Below are positions 1 through 9,566 of a stretch of DNA of 32,000 bases, piece after piece (the stretch's first letter is position 1; the number at the start of each line of letters is the position of its first letter). The stretch covers positions 32,502 to 64,501 of the forward strand of contig NJBF01000027.1 of NCBI GenBank assembly GCA_003144275.1, written 5' to 3'. This stretch comes from Candidatus Heimdallarchaeota archaeon B3_Heim (GTDB taxonomy: Archaea; Asgardarchaeota; Heimdallarchaeia; Hodarchaeales; Hodarchaeaceae). The position numbers were made by a program, and so were the translations under genes. The notes beneath the pieces are model-generated. The model was not told where the DNA came from. It saw only the letters and a list, made by a program, of their open reading frames with translations, and did no database searches.

Positions 1-549
1 CGGTTAAATGTAAAAGATTTCCGTGATTTAATCAAAAGAATTAAGTTTTCTCCACGGGAAAAACGTTACGTAAGTGCAAATTTCAGATTAATTATCACAA
101 AGCTCGGACTATTTCATTATTTACCTGAAATCAGCGGAAATGAAGATTTGGCTTTATTTCAACTAATAGAAGTTGTAACAGAAACTTGGATCGAATCAGG
201 AATAGTGAAAAATAGAAGTGAGGCCGCTAATCGCCTCATAGAGCAGATTAAAGAAAGAATTCAGGACAAAACGATCACAATCTTATCTGTTTCAGAAGCT
301 GGAGATTTAAGAATTTTAATTCAATCTTTACGCGAGAATATAGCACGTTTTTGGGAGAAATCACCCGAGAGAATCCCTGAGTTTATTGAACAATTTCGTG
401 ATGTACTTTCAGAGACGAGTCAATCTTCTAGACTACTTTATGATATCGCATCATATAATCGGAAAATTCAAACTGGAAAAGTGAAGTATTCGGAAGACAT
501 TCTTGAAATCGTGGACGAATGGGAACAGAGATTATATCTAGATAAATAA
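1..549 (+). CDS. Hypothetical helical protein, 5'-truncated by the window edge
   Basis: Frame 1 is open from position 1 (RLNVKDFRDLIKRIKF...) into the listed 148..549 ORF, so TTG148 is probably not the true start. No recognisable motif. Confidence 0.7.
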   Translation, partial: RLNVKDFRDLIKRIKFSPREKRYVSANFRLIITKLGLFHYLPEISGNEDLALFQLIEVVTETWIESGIVKNRSEAANRLIEQIKERIQDKTITILSVSEAGDLRILIQSLRENIARFWEKSPERIPEFIEQFRDVLSETSQSSRLLYDIASYNRKIQTGKVKYSEDILEIVDEWEQRLYLDK

Positions 550-579
550 TGAGGGGAAATTGGGGATTTTCTATTTTAT

Positions 580-1185
580 CTATGATAAGAATTCCTCAAA
601 ACTTGTTCGTCCAAGTTGATATGCTTCTAAATTCAGGTCATAAAATTGCTCTTTGAATTGAAGTTTAAGAGCATTTTTTAGAGCTTTATTTGTTAAAGGT
701 AGATCAGGAACAGCAGATAATGATCCTAACATTATTATATTCTGTATTATAGGTTTTCCAAACTCGGTTGCCAGTTGCGTTGCATTAAGAGAGAAGATTC
801 GAGTAGAATAGTTCTTTAGTTCAGTGAGTATTGCTTTTACCTCTGGATACCTATTTTTAGATAAGATAAAACTTGGGCTGGGAATGGGATATTTATTTAC
901 TAAACTATACCCATTTGGTTTAATGAACTGAGCGTATCGTAATGCCTCAGCTGGCTCAAAACCTATCAGTATATCAGCTGTCCGTTCCATAATTAAGGGT
1001 GAATGAACATCACCTAATCTAACATTTGAAAACACACTTCCGCCTCGTTGGGACATACCATGAGTTTCAGATCCACGTACAGTAAAGCCCATTTCCACTG
1101 CTGCATTGCAGAGAATGTCAGTAACAGAAAGAATTCCCTGACCCCCCACACCTGCTAAAAATATTTGGTATTCCATCTTATTCAC
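580..1185 (-). CDS. iorB: Indolepyruvate:ferredoxin oxidoreductase beta subunit
   Basis: GVGGQGIL, SETHGMSQRGGSV, D-L-I-G-F-E-P-A-E-A-L-R and NIIMLG motifs. Directly follows iorA. Start is GTG1185 or ATG1176. Confidence 0.95.
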   Translation of the reverse strand: MNKMEYQIFLAGVGGQGILSVTDILCNAAVEMGFTVRGSETHGMSQRGGSVFSNVRLGDVHSPLIMERTADILIGFEPAEALRYAQFIKPNGYSLVNKYPIPSPSFILSKNRYPEVKAILTELKNYSTRIFSLNATQLATEFGKPIIQNIIMLGSLSAVPDLPLTNKALKNALKLQFKEQFYDLNLEAYQLGRTSFEEFLS

Positions 1186-3085
1186 CTAGAACCTCTTTTA
1201 CACTTTTAGGAACAATAACACCATAAGGACATACTTCAGAACATAAACCACACCTTGCACAGAGGAACTGATCAATAATTGGAATAACTTTCCCTTTATC
1301 ATTTTTCTGATCTGACCACATTATAGCAGGACAAGCAATCCGGTTTATACACGTATGACACCCCACACATCGAGAAGATTCCACTAAATATGTAATATCA
1401 GGGAGACCCTCCCGTCTTACAAATTGAATTCTACATTCACCTTTCGAGACAATTACAGAGACGCCATCAAATTTCACAGCTTCTTTCATAACTTCTAGTG
1501 AACTCTTCGGATCAAAAGCGTCTACTTCTGTAACAAGGTTCACCCCTACACCCTTGGCCGCTTCTGCTATTGACAATTTTTCCCCAGGATTAGGTTGGAA
1601 TCCAGTCATTGCTGTTGCAGCATTATCAACAACAAGGAGGAGTAATTTACTATTATTGTAAACAGCATTTACCAAACCAGGAAGCCCCGTATGCCAAAAT
1701 GTAGAGTCGCCTATTATGGCTACTATTGGTTCCTTTTGATTTGGTATCTGGGAAATTCCAGACCCTATACCTAACGAAGAACCCATACATATAACTAAAT
1801 GGCCTGCATTTAATGGTGGGGATGCTCCGAGCGTGTAACAACCTATATCGGTACTTACAATGCGATGACGTTTGGGAACTGACTTATTAAGGGCATAAAA
1901 GGTTGCACGATGAGGACAGCCAGGACAAAGTACTGGGGGACGAGAAAATAGCAAATCACCTTCAATAGAAGGAATGGATGGAATAGATACTTCTTGATTC
2001 AGTACTCTTGACAAACCTTTCAAGAGCTTTCTTGTAGTAAGTTCTCCGTGGGGTGGTGTGATTCCCTCAGCACGTCCAATAATTTTTCCAAGAAAATTTT
2101 CCTCAAATGACAATTTTTTGACAAAGGTTTCTAAAACAGAATCAGCTTCCTCAATAATTAGAATGGTACTAGAAGAATAAACCTTGAGAAAGTCACCTAC
2201 AATCTTTTTGGGGAATGGGTGAGAAACCCCAATTTTTAGCACAGGAAAATCTAGTTCCAGATGGTTTATAACCTCTCGGGTATACGCGTAAGCCGATCCA
2301 CTAGTTATTATAGCATGTTCCTGTTTTTTTCCTTGTTCAATTCGATTCCAATTACTTCCTACCATATATTTTGAAATACGTTCCACACGTTCCAAAATTC
2401 GTAACTTATTTTGTCTAGCGTTACCTGGAACACATACGAACCGAGATGGATCGATTTTAAGTTTCATATCTTCTGGAATATTTGGATTTGTAATGGGATT
2501 AAGTGGAATATCTGCTCTAGAATGTGCAATTCTAGTGACAGTTCTCAGAATAACGGGAGTTTCAAACTTCTCACTTACTTCAAAGGCCGATTTAAGCATT
2601 TCTTTGGCTTCTCTAGCATCACTGGGTTCGAACATAGGAATATTAGCGAGTTTAGTGTACCACCGATTATCCTGCTCGTTTTGGCTACTATGCATCTCTG
2701 GATCTTCTGCAACAATCATCACCAACCCACCTAACACTCCAGCATTGACTAAAGTTAAAAAAACATCAGCTGCAACATTTAAGCCAACGTGTTTACAGAT
2801 GAAAACTGTTCTTAACCCACTAAATGAGAACCCATATGCACTTTCAAGTGCAACAGCTTCATTTGTACTCCATTCAAGATATAGATCATAACCTTTTTGT
2901 TTTAGGACATCTTTCGCCCTGAAAAGAGTTGTAGGAATTTCAGAGGAAGGGGTTCCTGGATATGTAAACACTCCTGCAACACCTAGCTCGACAATTCCAC
3001 GCGCAATAGCCTCATTCCCTAGTAGAACAAGATTTTTCTTCCCTACTTCCTTAACATCTTGGAATATATCTTTTAGCTTTGCCAA
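1178..3085 (-). CDS. iorA: Indolepyruvate:ferredoxin oxidoreductase alpha subunit
   Basis: LLGNEAIARG, YPGTPSSEI, KHVGLNVAAD, LCPGCPHR, DIGCY, TPP-binding GDSTF-x-H and a C-terminal 2x[4Fe-4S] domain (CVGCHTC...CP, CARCGLC...CP). TTG start. Confidence 0.97.
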   Translation of the reverse strand: MAKLKDIFQDVKEVGKKNLVLLGNEAIARGIVELGVAGVFTYPGTPSSEIPTTLFRAKDVLKQKGYDLYLEWSTNEAVALESAYGFSFSGLRTVFICKHVGLNVAADVFLTLVNAGVLGGLVMIVAEDPEMHSSQNEQDNRWYTKLANIPMFEPSDAREAKEMLKSAFEVSEKFETPVILRTVTRIAHSRADIPLNPITNPNIPEDMKLKIDPSRFVCVPGNARQNKLRILERVERISKYMVGSNWNRIEQGKKQEHAIITSGSAYAYTREVINHLELDFPVLKIGVSHPFPKKIVGDFLKVYSSSTILIIEEADSVLETFVKKLSFEENFLGKIIGRAEGITPPHGELTTRKLLKGLSRVLNQEVSIPSIPSIEGDLLFSRPPVLCPGCPHRATFYALNKSVPKRHRIVSTDIGCYTLGASPPLNAGHLVICMGSSLGIGSGISQIPNQKEPIVAIIGDSTFWHTGLPGLVNAVYNNSKLLLLVVDNAATAMTGFQPNPGEKLSIAEAAKGVGVNLVTEVDAFDPKSSLEVMKEAVKFDGVSVIVSKGECRIQFVRREGLPDITYLVESSRCVGCHTCINRIACPAIMWSDQKNDKGKVIPIIDQFLCARCGLCSEVCPYGVIVPKSVKEVLGE

Positions 3086-3279
3086 AATTGTGTCAACTCG
3101 AAAAAATTAAAAGAGGTAAATTTCCAATTAGCATTATTAAACGACGATATGATTTGTAAAGTTATAGTTTTTGCTTTATATTTTATTGCCTTATAGGACT
3201 CAATCACCAAAAATTAACTAGAATTAAGTTGATTGAAAAATTATCTATCCTTTCCCCCTGTTTATTCGAGTACACTTGT

Positions 3280-3777
3280 TCAAGGACTCTTGTAGGTTAT
3301 TGCTGTAGAAATTCGAGAATTTTCTTTCAGTCTTAGGCCTTTTTCTCCAACCTGTACAATTGTGGTAATTTTCTGCCCCTCTGCTGAAGGTGTCCAATAG
3401 AAGGCTGGATGAGTGCTACCAGTCTGAAATAATCGTGTATGAGGAAAAATAAGAGCATAATAGTTCACATTGTTCAATATTTCGTTATAGGTGAGTAGAT
3501 ATTGGCCTGGCGGAAGACTCCACCATGCATATTTGGGATCATCCTCAATAATTGGAGTAACTTTTTCGAGTATTGCTGATCTAAATTCACTACCTCCAAA
3601 ATCAAGATGACCCTGACTATAGAAAGAATCAATTGATTTTATTGTCAAATCTAACGCACTTTTTCTAATTTGCTTGGATGGAAATACTAGATTTTTCCAG
3701 ATAATGAGAATTTCATCATTTTGTACTATAACCAATTTCATCACCGAATCAAGAACAACTGGAATTAGGAGCTCCAA
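3280..3777 (-). CDS. dCTP deaminase/dUTPase-like trimeric-fold protein (divergent)
   Basis: LDLTI...G-x-LDFGGSE, WWSLPPGQYLLTYNE and ENSRIS resemble short archaeal Dcd/dUTPase-like proteins. Start may be ATG3741. Confidence 0.7.
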   Translation of the reverse strand: MELLIPVVLDSVMKLVIVQNDEILIIWKNLVFPSKQIRKSALDLTIKSIDSFYSQGHLDFGGSEFRSAILEKVTPIIEDDPKYAWWSLPPGQYLLTYNEILNNVNYYALIFPHTRLFQTGSTHPAFYWTPSAEGQKITTIVQVGEKGLRLKENSRISTAITYKSP

Positions 3778-3911
3778 TTAACAGATACATTTCAGTTACA
3801 CATCCGCAGAATCTTTATTATTGTTTTCAAAAATTTTTGGATCTGAAATGAGTCAACAGAGATTTGACAATTTTATTTCAAAACATTATGAACATCTGAA
3901 GATGATTACAA

Positions 3912-5375
3912 ATGACCCATTATCTTGATCCTTTCTTCAATCCGCAATCAATCGCACTTGTAGGAGCTAGTAACAACATTTCCTCTTGGGGTTTCATCGT
4001 TGCCCATAATATTATACAGAATAACTATACTGGTTCTTTCTATCCTATAAATCCAAAAAGTGACAAGATTTTGGGACATGTTGCTTATGCAACTATTTTG
4101 GATATACCACAAGAAATTAAAATCGATCTAGTAATTATAATTATACCTGCTGTTAAGGTTTTATCAATTCTTAAACAAATGACAATACGTAATATTCATC
4201 ATGTCGTTATTATCTCTGGTGGGTTTAAAGAATCAGGAAAAGAAGGAGAATTACTAGAACAAGAGGTAAGTACATATGCAATGAAAAACGGTATCCGAAT
4301 AATAGGCCCCAATGGGATGGGAATAGTCTCAACACGAGTGAATCTTACAGCTGTAATGTGGCCCGTCAAGGAATTAAAACAAGGAGGGCTTGCCTTTATT
4401 TCCCAATCTGGAAACATAGGAACAATAGGAATATCTGTAGCTTCTCGTCGAGGGATAGGTTTGAATACATACGTCTCAGCAGGAAATATGGCTGATTTAA
4501 CCATTGCAGATTATCTTGAATATTTCGGGAAGCACGATAAAGAAACACAAGTCATAGGACTCTATGTTGAGGGGATACAAGATGCAAGAAGGTTTGTCTC
4601 GCTTGTGAAGGAAATATCAAAAATTAAACCAGTAATTATACTGAAGGCTGGGGGGACAAAGGCTGGCCGACGAGCCGCACATTCTCATACTGGTGCCATT
4701 ACAGGAGATGATACCGTTTTCAAAGATATACTGCAGAATGCAGGAAGTATAATAGTAAATTCCCTAGAAGAGATGTTTGACTTATTTTTAGCTTTTTCAA
4801 ACTGGATCGACTGGTCTTTTCCGAGAGGAAAAGTAGTGATACTAACTTTAGGGGGAGGTTGGGGCGTGATGGCCGCAGATGAATGTTCTCGTCATGGAAT
4901 AACGCTTGAAACGTTATCAGAAAAAGCATATGAGCGAATCAACGCCTTGTTACCTCCTTATTGGTCTAAGGGAAATCCTATCGATACTGTTGCATCTTTG
5001 AATCTAGATTCTCTAAGACAAATAATGCTGATTGTCTTTGAAGAAATGCCTCAAGTCGAAGCAATTCTCTTACTTGGAATTGGTGGGTTTTCATTTCTTG
5101 CTAATTTAGCCAAATCTTCCCCTCTAATACCTGAAGAAGACAAATCTAGTTTAGATTTTATTATACAGGCAGAAGTAGAGTTATTTAAAGAAATTTTAGC
5201 ATTATCTGATAGATTTCGTAAACCAATATTGATTACAACATTACTAGTTCCTGCAGATTCTCCCGGAGTAAAATATTTGCAGTCTCAGAATTTTCCTCTT
5301 TTTTCAAGTCCAGCAAACATGGTCCAAGTTTTCAGATATATGGTTAACCACTACCGCTGGAAAAATCGAATTTAG
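3912..5375 (+). CDS. acdA: ADP-forming acetate/acyl-CoA synthetase alpha subunit
   Basis: FFNPQSIALVGAS, IIGPNGMG, FISQSG, SAGNMADL, AAHSHTGA (phospho-His) and NPIDT motifs. Confidence 0.92.
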   Translation: MTHYLDPFFNPQSIALVGASNNISSWGFIVAHNIIQNNYTGSFYPINPKSDKILGHVAYATILDIPQEIKIDLVIIIIPAVKVLSILKQMTIRNIHHVVIISGGFKESGKEGELLEQEVSTYAMKNGIRIIGPNGMGIVSTRVNLTAVMWPVKELKQGGLAFISQSGNIGTIGISVASRRGIGLNTYVSAGNMADLTIADYLEYFGKHDKETQVIGLYVEGIQDARRFVSLVKEISKIKPVIILKAGGTKAGRRAAHSHTGAITGDDTVFKDILQNAGSIIVNSLEEMFDLFLAFSNWIDWSFPRGKVVILTLGGGWGVMAADECSRHGITLETLSEKAYERINALLPPYWSKGNPIDTVASLNLDSLRQIMLIVFEEMPQVEAILLLGIGGFSFLANLAKSSPLIPEEDKSSLDFIIQAEVELFKEILALSDRFRKPILITTLLVPADSPGVKYLQSQNFPLFSSPANMVQVFRYMVNHYRWKNRI

Positions 5376-5377
5376 AA

Positions 5378-6805
5378 CTATTCTTTTTCCTGATAGAATG
5401 TTGGCACCATCGCTTGTGACAAAATTAAAGACATTCCTGCCTCTGTAAAGCCTAAACATAACAATAAGAGCCCCAATACTAGTTCATCATCTATAGCTGA
5501 CTTTCCAATTATTTGAGGTAATGATGAACCTATAATCAATCCCCAACGGACATTTTCATCTTGTTCCTTCTGTAAACGATCGATAATCTCCAAGTTTTCT
5601 TTATTTTCTGGATTCATTTGATGAAGACATGAATACGCAAGGCTAGCTATTCGTTTCACCTGTTGGTCACTGGAATAAATAAATGGTTCAAAGTAAGATG
5701 CATATGAATATTTGTCTTCGAGTAAACAAAAGGAAAATGAGCGCAATAAAATTAGGAAGCGGCCAAAATAACCTGAATCCCGTTGAGCAATGCCCTCTTT
5801 AATAAAAGGTTCAAGATCAATTGATTCTTTTGTTGTCTCAAGAAAAAAACTTACATTAATTCCTGATGCCTTGATATCCATTGTATTACTACGAATTAAT
5901 CCAAGTAATATTTTCATAATCTGTTGATTTGTAGATAATATTTGATAAATCTGGTCATAATCGGGGTCCAATTCTTTTATTTGTTCCAAAGACTGTAAGA
6001 ATTTTTTCTTCATTGGTTTATTATTATATAAAGAAAAAAAGGTGAATATTATTGCAAGATCTGTTCCAAATTTAGATTGAAACTCAAATTCTCCATGAAT
6101 TAACTTGTTCAGCTTCTCCATTCGAATAATTGGATCTGAAATGAGCGGAAGAAGAAATGCAAAACAAATAATGGTTATCCTTCGACTTTCTTTATTCGTT
6201 AAATGTGGAATTATTGACTCTAAAATAAAGTCGGTAGCATTCTCCGTATTCCCTGAATTTATCGCACTTAAAGCAAAACCTATAAAATATAGAGTAGGAT
6301 TTTCAAGTTTAAAATTTAAATAAGAATCCAATAAAAACTTAAAATCCTTGCTAGAAGACTTAGATGCTTCTCCGAGGAGTCCCATACTCACAGCAAGACC
6401 TTGTTTTACCTGTTCTGGTTGATTTTTAAATTTCTTTTTAATTTCTTTGTTAACTTTCCTCTTAATCTTAGTATTTTGTGTAAAATAAGCATTAATCCCT
6501 TGGCCTAGCGCAGATGTAATCCTGATTGATGAAAGTGGATCTTTGAAATGCTTTTTTAATACCTTCTGTTGTCGTTTTGGTTTTTTTCCTTTTTCTAAGA
6601 TAGATGAAAAGGCTAATCCGATAATACCTGACCGTCTAATACTCAAATTTTGGCTTTTAATCGCATTTTCAAGGTATCTGAAACGAATTTTTTTTTTAAT
6701 ATTTGGTTCAAATCCTAATGCAATTGCTAAAGCTTCTTGTTCAGTCATTGAAACCGTTTTCAGGCGTTCAAGCAAAAATTCTGCAATAGGATCATAATGC
6801 TTCAA
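5378..6805 (-). CDS. Alpha-solenoid (HEAT/PC-repeat-like) protein
   Basis: Small-residue-rich helices recur every ~35-40 aa (SIRRSGIIGLAF, SIRITSALGQG, QVKQGLAVSMGLLG, DQQVKRIASLAY, DENVRWGLIIGSSL). Lys-rich N-terminal half. Confidence 0.7.
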   Translation of the reverse strand: MKHYDPIAEFLLERLKTVSMTEQEALAIALGFEPNIKKKIRFRYLENAIKSQNLSIRRSGIIGLAFSSILEKGKKPKRQQKVLKKHFKDPLSSIRITSALGQGINAYFTQNTKIKRKVNKEIKKKFKNQPEQVKQGLAVSMGLLGEASKSSSKDFKFLLDSYLNFKLENPTLYFIGFALSAINSGNTENATDFILESIIPHLTNKESRRITIICFAFLLPLISDPIIRMEKLNKLIHGEFEFQSKFGTDLAIIFTFFSLYNNKPMKKKFLQSLEQIKELDPDYDQIYQILSTNQQIMKILLGLIRSNTMDIKASGINVSFFLETTKESIDLEPFIKEGIAQRDSGYFGRFLILLRSFSFCLLEDKYSYASYFEPFIYSSDQQVKRIASLAYSCLHQMNPENKENLEIIDRLQKEQDENVRWGLIIGSSLPQIIGKSAIDDELVLGLLLLCLGFTEAGMSLILSQAMVPTFYQEKE

Positions 6806-7014
6806 TCTAAATCCTCATTTTATGGTAAACGGCTTAAGAAATCTCAATTATGCCTTATATAATTTGTTGATTTGGAACTACTCATGAAAGTCAATCGAGG
6901 GGATAATTCCGATTAATTCTTATCCATTTCATTCAGAATATCTCATTTCCCAATACATATTTGAATTCTTTAACAAGAGGCTCCTTTATAATTTTAGTAA
7001 GGTGATAATTGAAT

Positions 7015-7791
7015 ATGACTTATTCTAACATTATTGTTACTACAGAGAATCGGATAACTACAATAAAAATAAATCGCGAAAAAGCTTTGAATGCTTTAAA
7101 CGAAAAAACAATTGTAGAATTGCATGATTGCATAGATCAGTTATCTCAATCGGAAGATACTAAAGTCGTGGTAATTACAGGTGTAGGAAAGAAATCCTTC
7201 ATCGCAGGCGCAGACATTACAATGTTTGAAGGCAAATCTCCGACATCTATTAGGAAACTCATCTTAAAACTCCAAGAAACTCTGAATAAACTAGAAGATC
7301 TACCCTTCCCTGTAATCGCTTCGATCAATGGTTATTGTTTAGGTGGTGGAATTGAACTAGCAATGGCATGTGACTTACGAATAGCTAGTAGTACTGCCAT
7401 AATAGGTCAACCAGAAATAAAACTCGGTTTGATTCCTGGAGCAGGAGGTACGCAACGGTTATCACGAATAGTAGGGACTGGTAGAGCCAAAGAAATTATT
7501 TTTTTGGGTGATAACGTTGATGCAGAATCTGCAAAATCGTTTGGACTAGTAAATTGGGTTGTTCCTCCCGAAAATCTTGAAGAGAAGACTCTAAAAATCG
7601 CCTCCCGTCTTGCAAAGGGGCCTTCATTTGCTTTGAATATGGCAAAAGAAGTAATAAATAGAGGACCAGAAAGTTCCCTTCTTGATGCAATTAGAATGGA
7701 AGCAGAATTATTTGCTCTTTGTTTTGCACATGAGGACGTCAAAGAGGGAGTTAATGCTTTTCTCAACAAGCGAAAACCAAATTTCAAATAG
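7015..7791 (+). CDS. Enoyl-CoA hydratase/crotonase
   Basis: NREKALNAL, FIAGADI, GYCLGGGIELAMACD and PEIKLGLIPGAGGTQRL, with both catalytic Glu present. GGTGA SD at 7001; ATG7015 (ORF track starts at TTG7009). Confidence 0.95.
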   Translation: MTYSNIIVTTENRITTIKINREKALNALNEKTIVELHDCIDQLSQSEDTKVVVITGVGKKSFIAGADITMFEGKSPTSIRKLILKLQETLNKLEDLPFPVIASINGYCLGGGIELAMACDLRIASSTAIIGQPEIKLGLIPGAGGTQRLSRIVGTGRAKEIIFLGDNVDAESAKSFGLVNWVVPPENLEEKTLKIASRLAKGPSFALNMAKEVINRGPESSLLDAIRMEAELFALCFAHEDVKEGVNAFLNKRKPNFK

Positions 7792-7808
7792 TGGGTGCTG
7801 TAAAAATT

Positions 7809-8495
7809 ATGGGTACCTTAATACCTCGGCTAAAGGAATATGAAAAATCACTCCTTTCCGAATTTTCACAGGAAATTCTTGGTAATAAGACCCCCATAAT
7901 CGCGATTGGAGGATTTTCAGGTACTGGAAAAGATACTGTCGCATCAATTGTCCAGAAATACTTTGAAACTCGTCATCATCTTTCCCTAAAATTAATTCAT
8001 GCAGGAGAATTTGTTAGAAAAATAGCTGTTAAATCAGGGTGGGATGAGAAGAATATGGATGAATTTATGGAGCATATTAAAAATACGCAAGATAATGAGT
8101 TTGCAGAAAAGGTAGATTTAGAGATCGAAAAACATGCATTGAAAACCGCTCTTCTAGAAGGCGGGATTTTTGTAGGAAGAATGGCTCCATTTACCATTGG
8201 AACTCATGGTACGACAATTTGGTTGGAAGTAGCGGCACAAGTAATTGCACAACGAATAGCCAATGATCCTACCCGTTCTGAATACCATATGAATGAAGAG
8301 GAGTTAATTAAGAAAATCCAATCACGTGATCAGACTGATGGAGATCGATTGGAAAGAATATATCACGTATCGTTCCGTGATAAAAAATATTTCGACCTAA
8401 CTTTGAGAAATGAATCGTATTCACTTGTAGAGCTAGAGGGGATGATCATAAAACTACTTGAGGAAAAATTTTCTACTAATAATAGCGAGGATTAG
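7809..8495 (+). CDS. cmk: Archaeal-type cytidylate kinase
   Basis: P-loop GFSGTGKDT, AGEFVRKIA, F-V-GRMA, R-D-x-x-D-x-x-R-x-x-x-I-Y and FDL. Likely start ATG7809. Confidence 0.75.
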   Translation: MGTLIPRLKEYEKSLLSEFSQEILGNKTPIIAIGGFSGTGKDTVASIVQKYFETRHHLSLKLIHAGEFVRKIAVKSGWDEKNMDEFMEHIKNTQDNEFAEKVDLEIEKHALKTALLEGGIFVGRMAPFTIGTHGTTIWLEVAAQVIAQRIANDPTRSEYHMNEEELIKKIQSRDQTDGDRLERIYHVSFRDKKYFDLTLRNESYSLVELEGMIIKLLEEKFSTNNSED

Positions 8496-8498
8496 AAA

Positions 8499-9008
8499 AT
8501 GGAGCTTGAAAACCTTTCTAAAGATGACCTAATAAAAATTATAGACATGTATGCTAAAAATTGGTTAGCGCATGATGGATGCTGGTTTTTAGCAGCAGAA
8601 AAAAGACACGGACTAGAGGAAGCTATTCAAATTGACAAAGAAGGATGGAAAAATTTCACGGTTGTTGAAGCAAAACGTATTATGAAAATGTTCAATATAC
8701 CAGAAGGATCTGGGTTGGATGCATTAGAAAAAGCACTATCATTACGTCTATATGCAACAATCAATATTCAAGAAATCGACAGAGTCTCACCCACTAAATT
8801 GATTTTCAAAATGAAAACATGTCGAGTTCAAGCTGCTCGCGAAAGAAAGAATTTACCTCATTTTCCATGTAAAGAAGTTGGTTTAGTAGAATATGCTGGT
8901 TTTGCAAAAACTATCGATTCACGGATTCAAACTAAAGTTATTGCTTGCCCACCAGATGAACTAGAAAGAGATTTTCATTGCGGTTGGGAGTTTTCAACCC
9001 CAGAATAA
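8499..9008 (+). CDS. DUF6125-like (V4R/ATC-hydrolase-related) Cys-rich protein
   Basis: WLAHDGCWF, CRVQAARERK, FPCKEVG, ACPPD and HCGWEF. Follows cmk after a 3-bp gap. Confidence 0.8.
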   Translation: MELENLSKDDLIKIIDMYAKNWLAHDGCWFLAAEKRHGLEEAIQIDKEGWKNFTVVEAKRIMKMFNIPEGSGLDALEKALSLRLYATINIQEIDRVSPTKLIFKMKTCRVQAARERKNLPHFPCKEVGLVEYAGFAKTIDSRIQTKVIACPPDELERDFHCGWEFSTPE

Positions 9009-9066
9009 CACAGAAATCAACGAAATTTTTTATCAGGGTTTAATTATAATAGGAATTTAAGTAGGT

Positions 9067-9402
9067 TTATTCAGACCAAACCCAATTACACTTAACACAT
9101 TGGTAATAGGTGGTTGTTTCCCATTCTTCCTTTTTTCGATCTTCAGCTTCCCAATAACGAGCTTCAGTATGATTACATTTTGGACAAATAACACGAGCTG
9201 TCGGCCGGACATCAAACTCGTCTTCAATCACAGTTAGTCGATCTTTCTCGGTATGATCAATTTTCGATTTTATCTGGTATGATTGGTTCTTAAATTCTTC
9301 TTTGGATTCTTCCTTGCATACTTTACAGTACAGAGAGATTGAACCGTCATCTTTTCTATTTGGCTGAAGTAAGGCACCACAATTTTCGCAAAAATTAACC
9401 AT
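9067..9402 (-). CDS. tfs: TFS/RpoM (Rpb9/Rpa12/Rpc11 family) two-zinc-ribbon protein with a non-canonical hairpin
   Basis: N-terminal FCENCGALL...CKVC and C-terminal CPKC...CVKC-x-x-x-W-x-E. Start ATG9402 with GAGTGA upstream. Confidence 0.88.
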   Translation of the reverse strand: MVNFCENCGALLQPNRKDDGSISLYCKVCKEESKEEFKNQSYQIKSKIDHTEKDRLTVIEDEFDVRPTARVICPKCNHTEARYWEAEDRKKEEWETTTYYQCVKCNWVWSE

Positions 9403-9566
9403 AAGAATCACTCATTCGAAGGAATGTTTAGTATCCACCTTTTATTAGGTTTCTAAGCATCGAAGACTGATTTAAGATGAGATTTTCTAAGTATTATCAT
9501 TCTCCCCTTTTTAAAGCTATAGTAACAAACTATCAATGATGAGGATGGGGCCGATGAGAAACATCA

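Noticed and set aside
1653-2891. ORFs 1653..1841, 2411..2734 and 2493..2891
   Set aside because: Shadows within iorA with no motifs.
5370-5383. Very tight convergent junctions (5375/5378, also 16549/16563, 19034/19052, 28614/28636)
   Set aside because: Common in compact archaeal genomes; no additional signal.
4199-8197. Short alternative or antisense ORFs within acdA, the solenoid gene, crotonase and cmk
   Set aside because: Fully overlap well-supported genes; typical antisense shadows.
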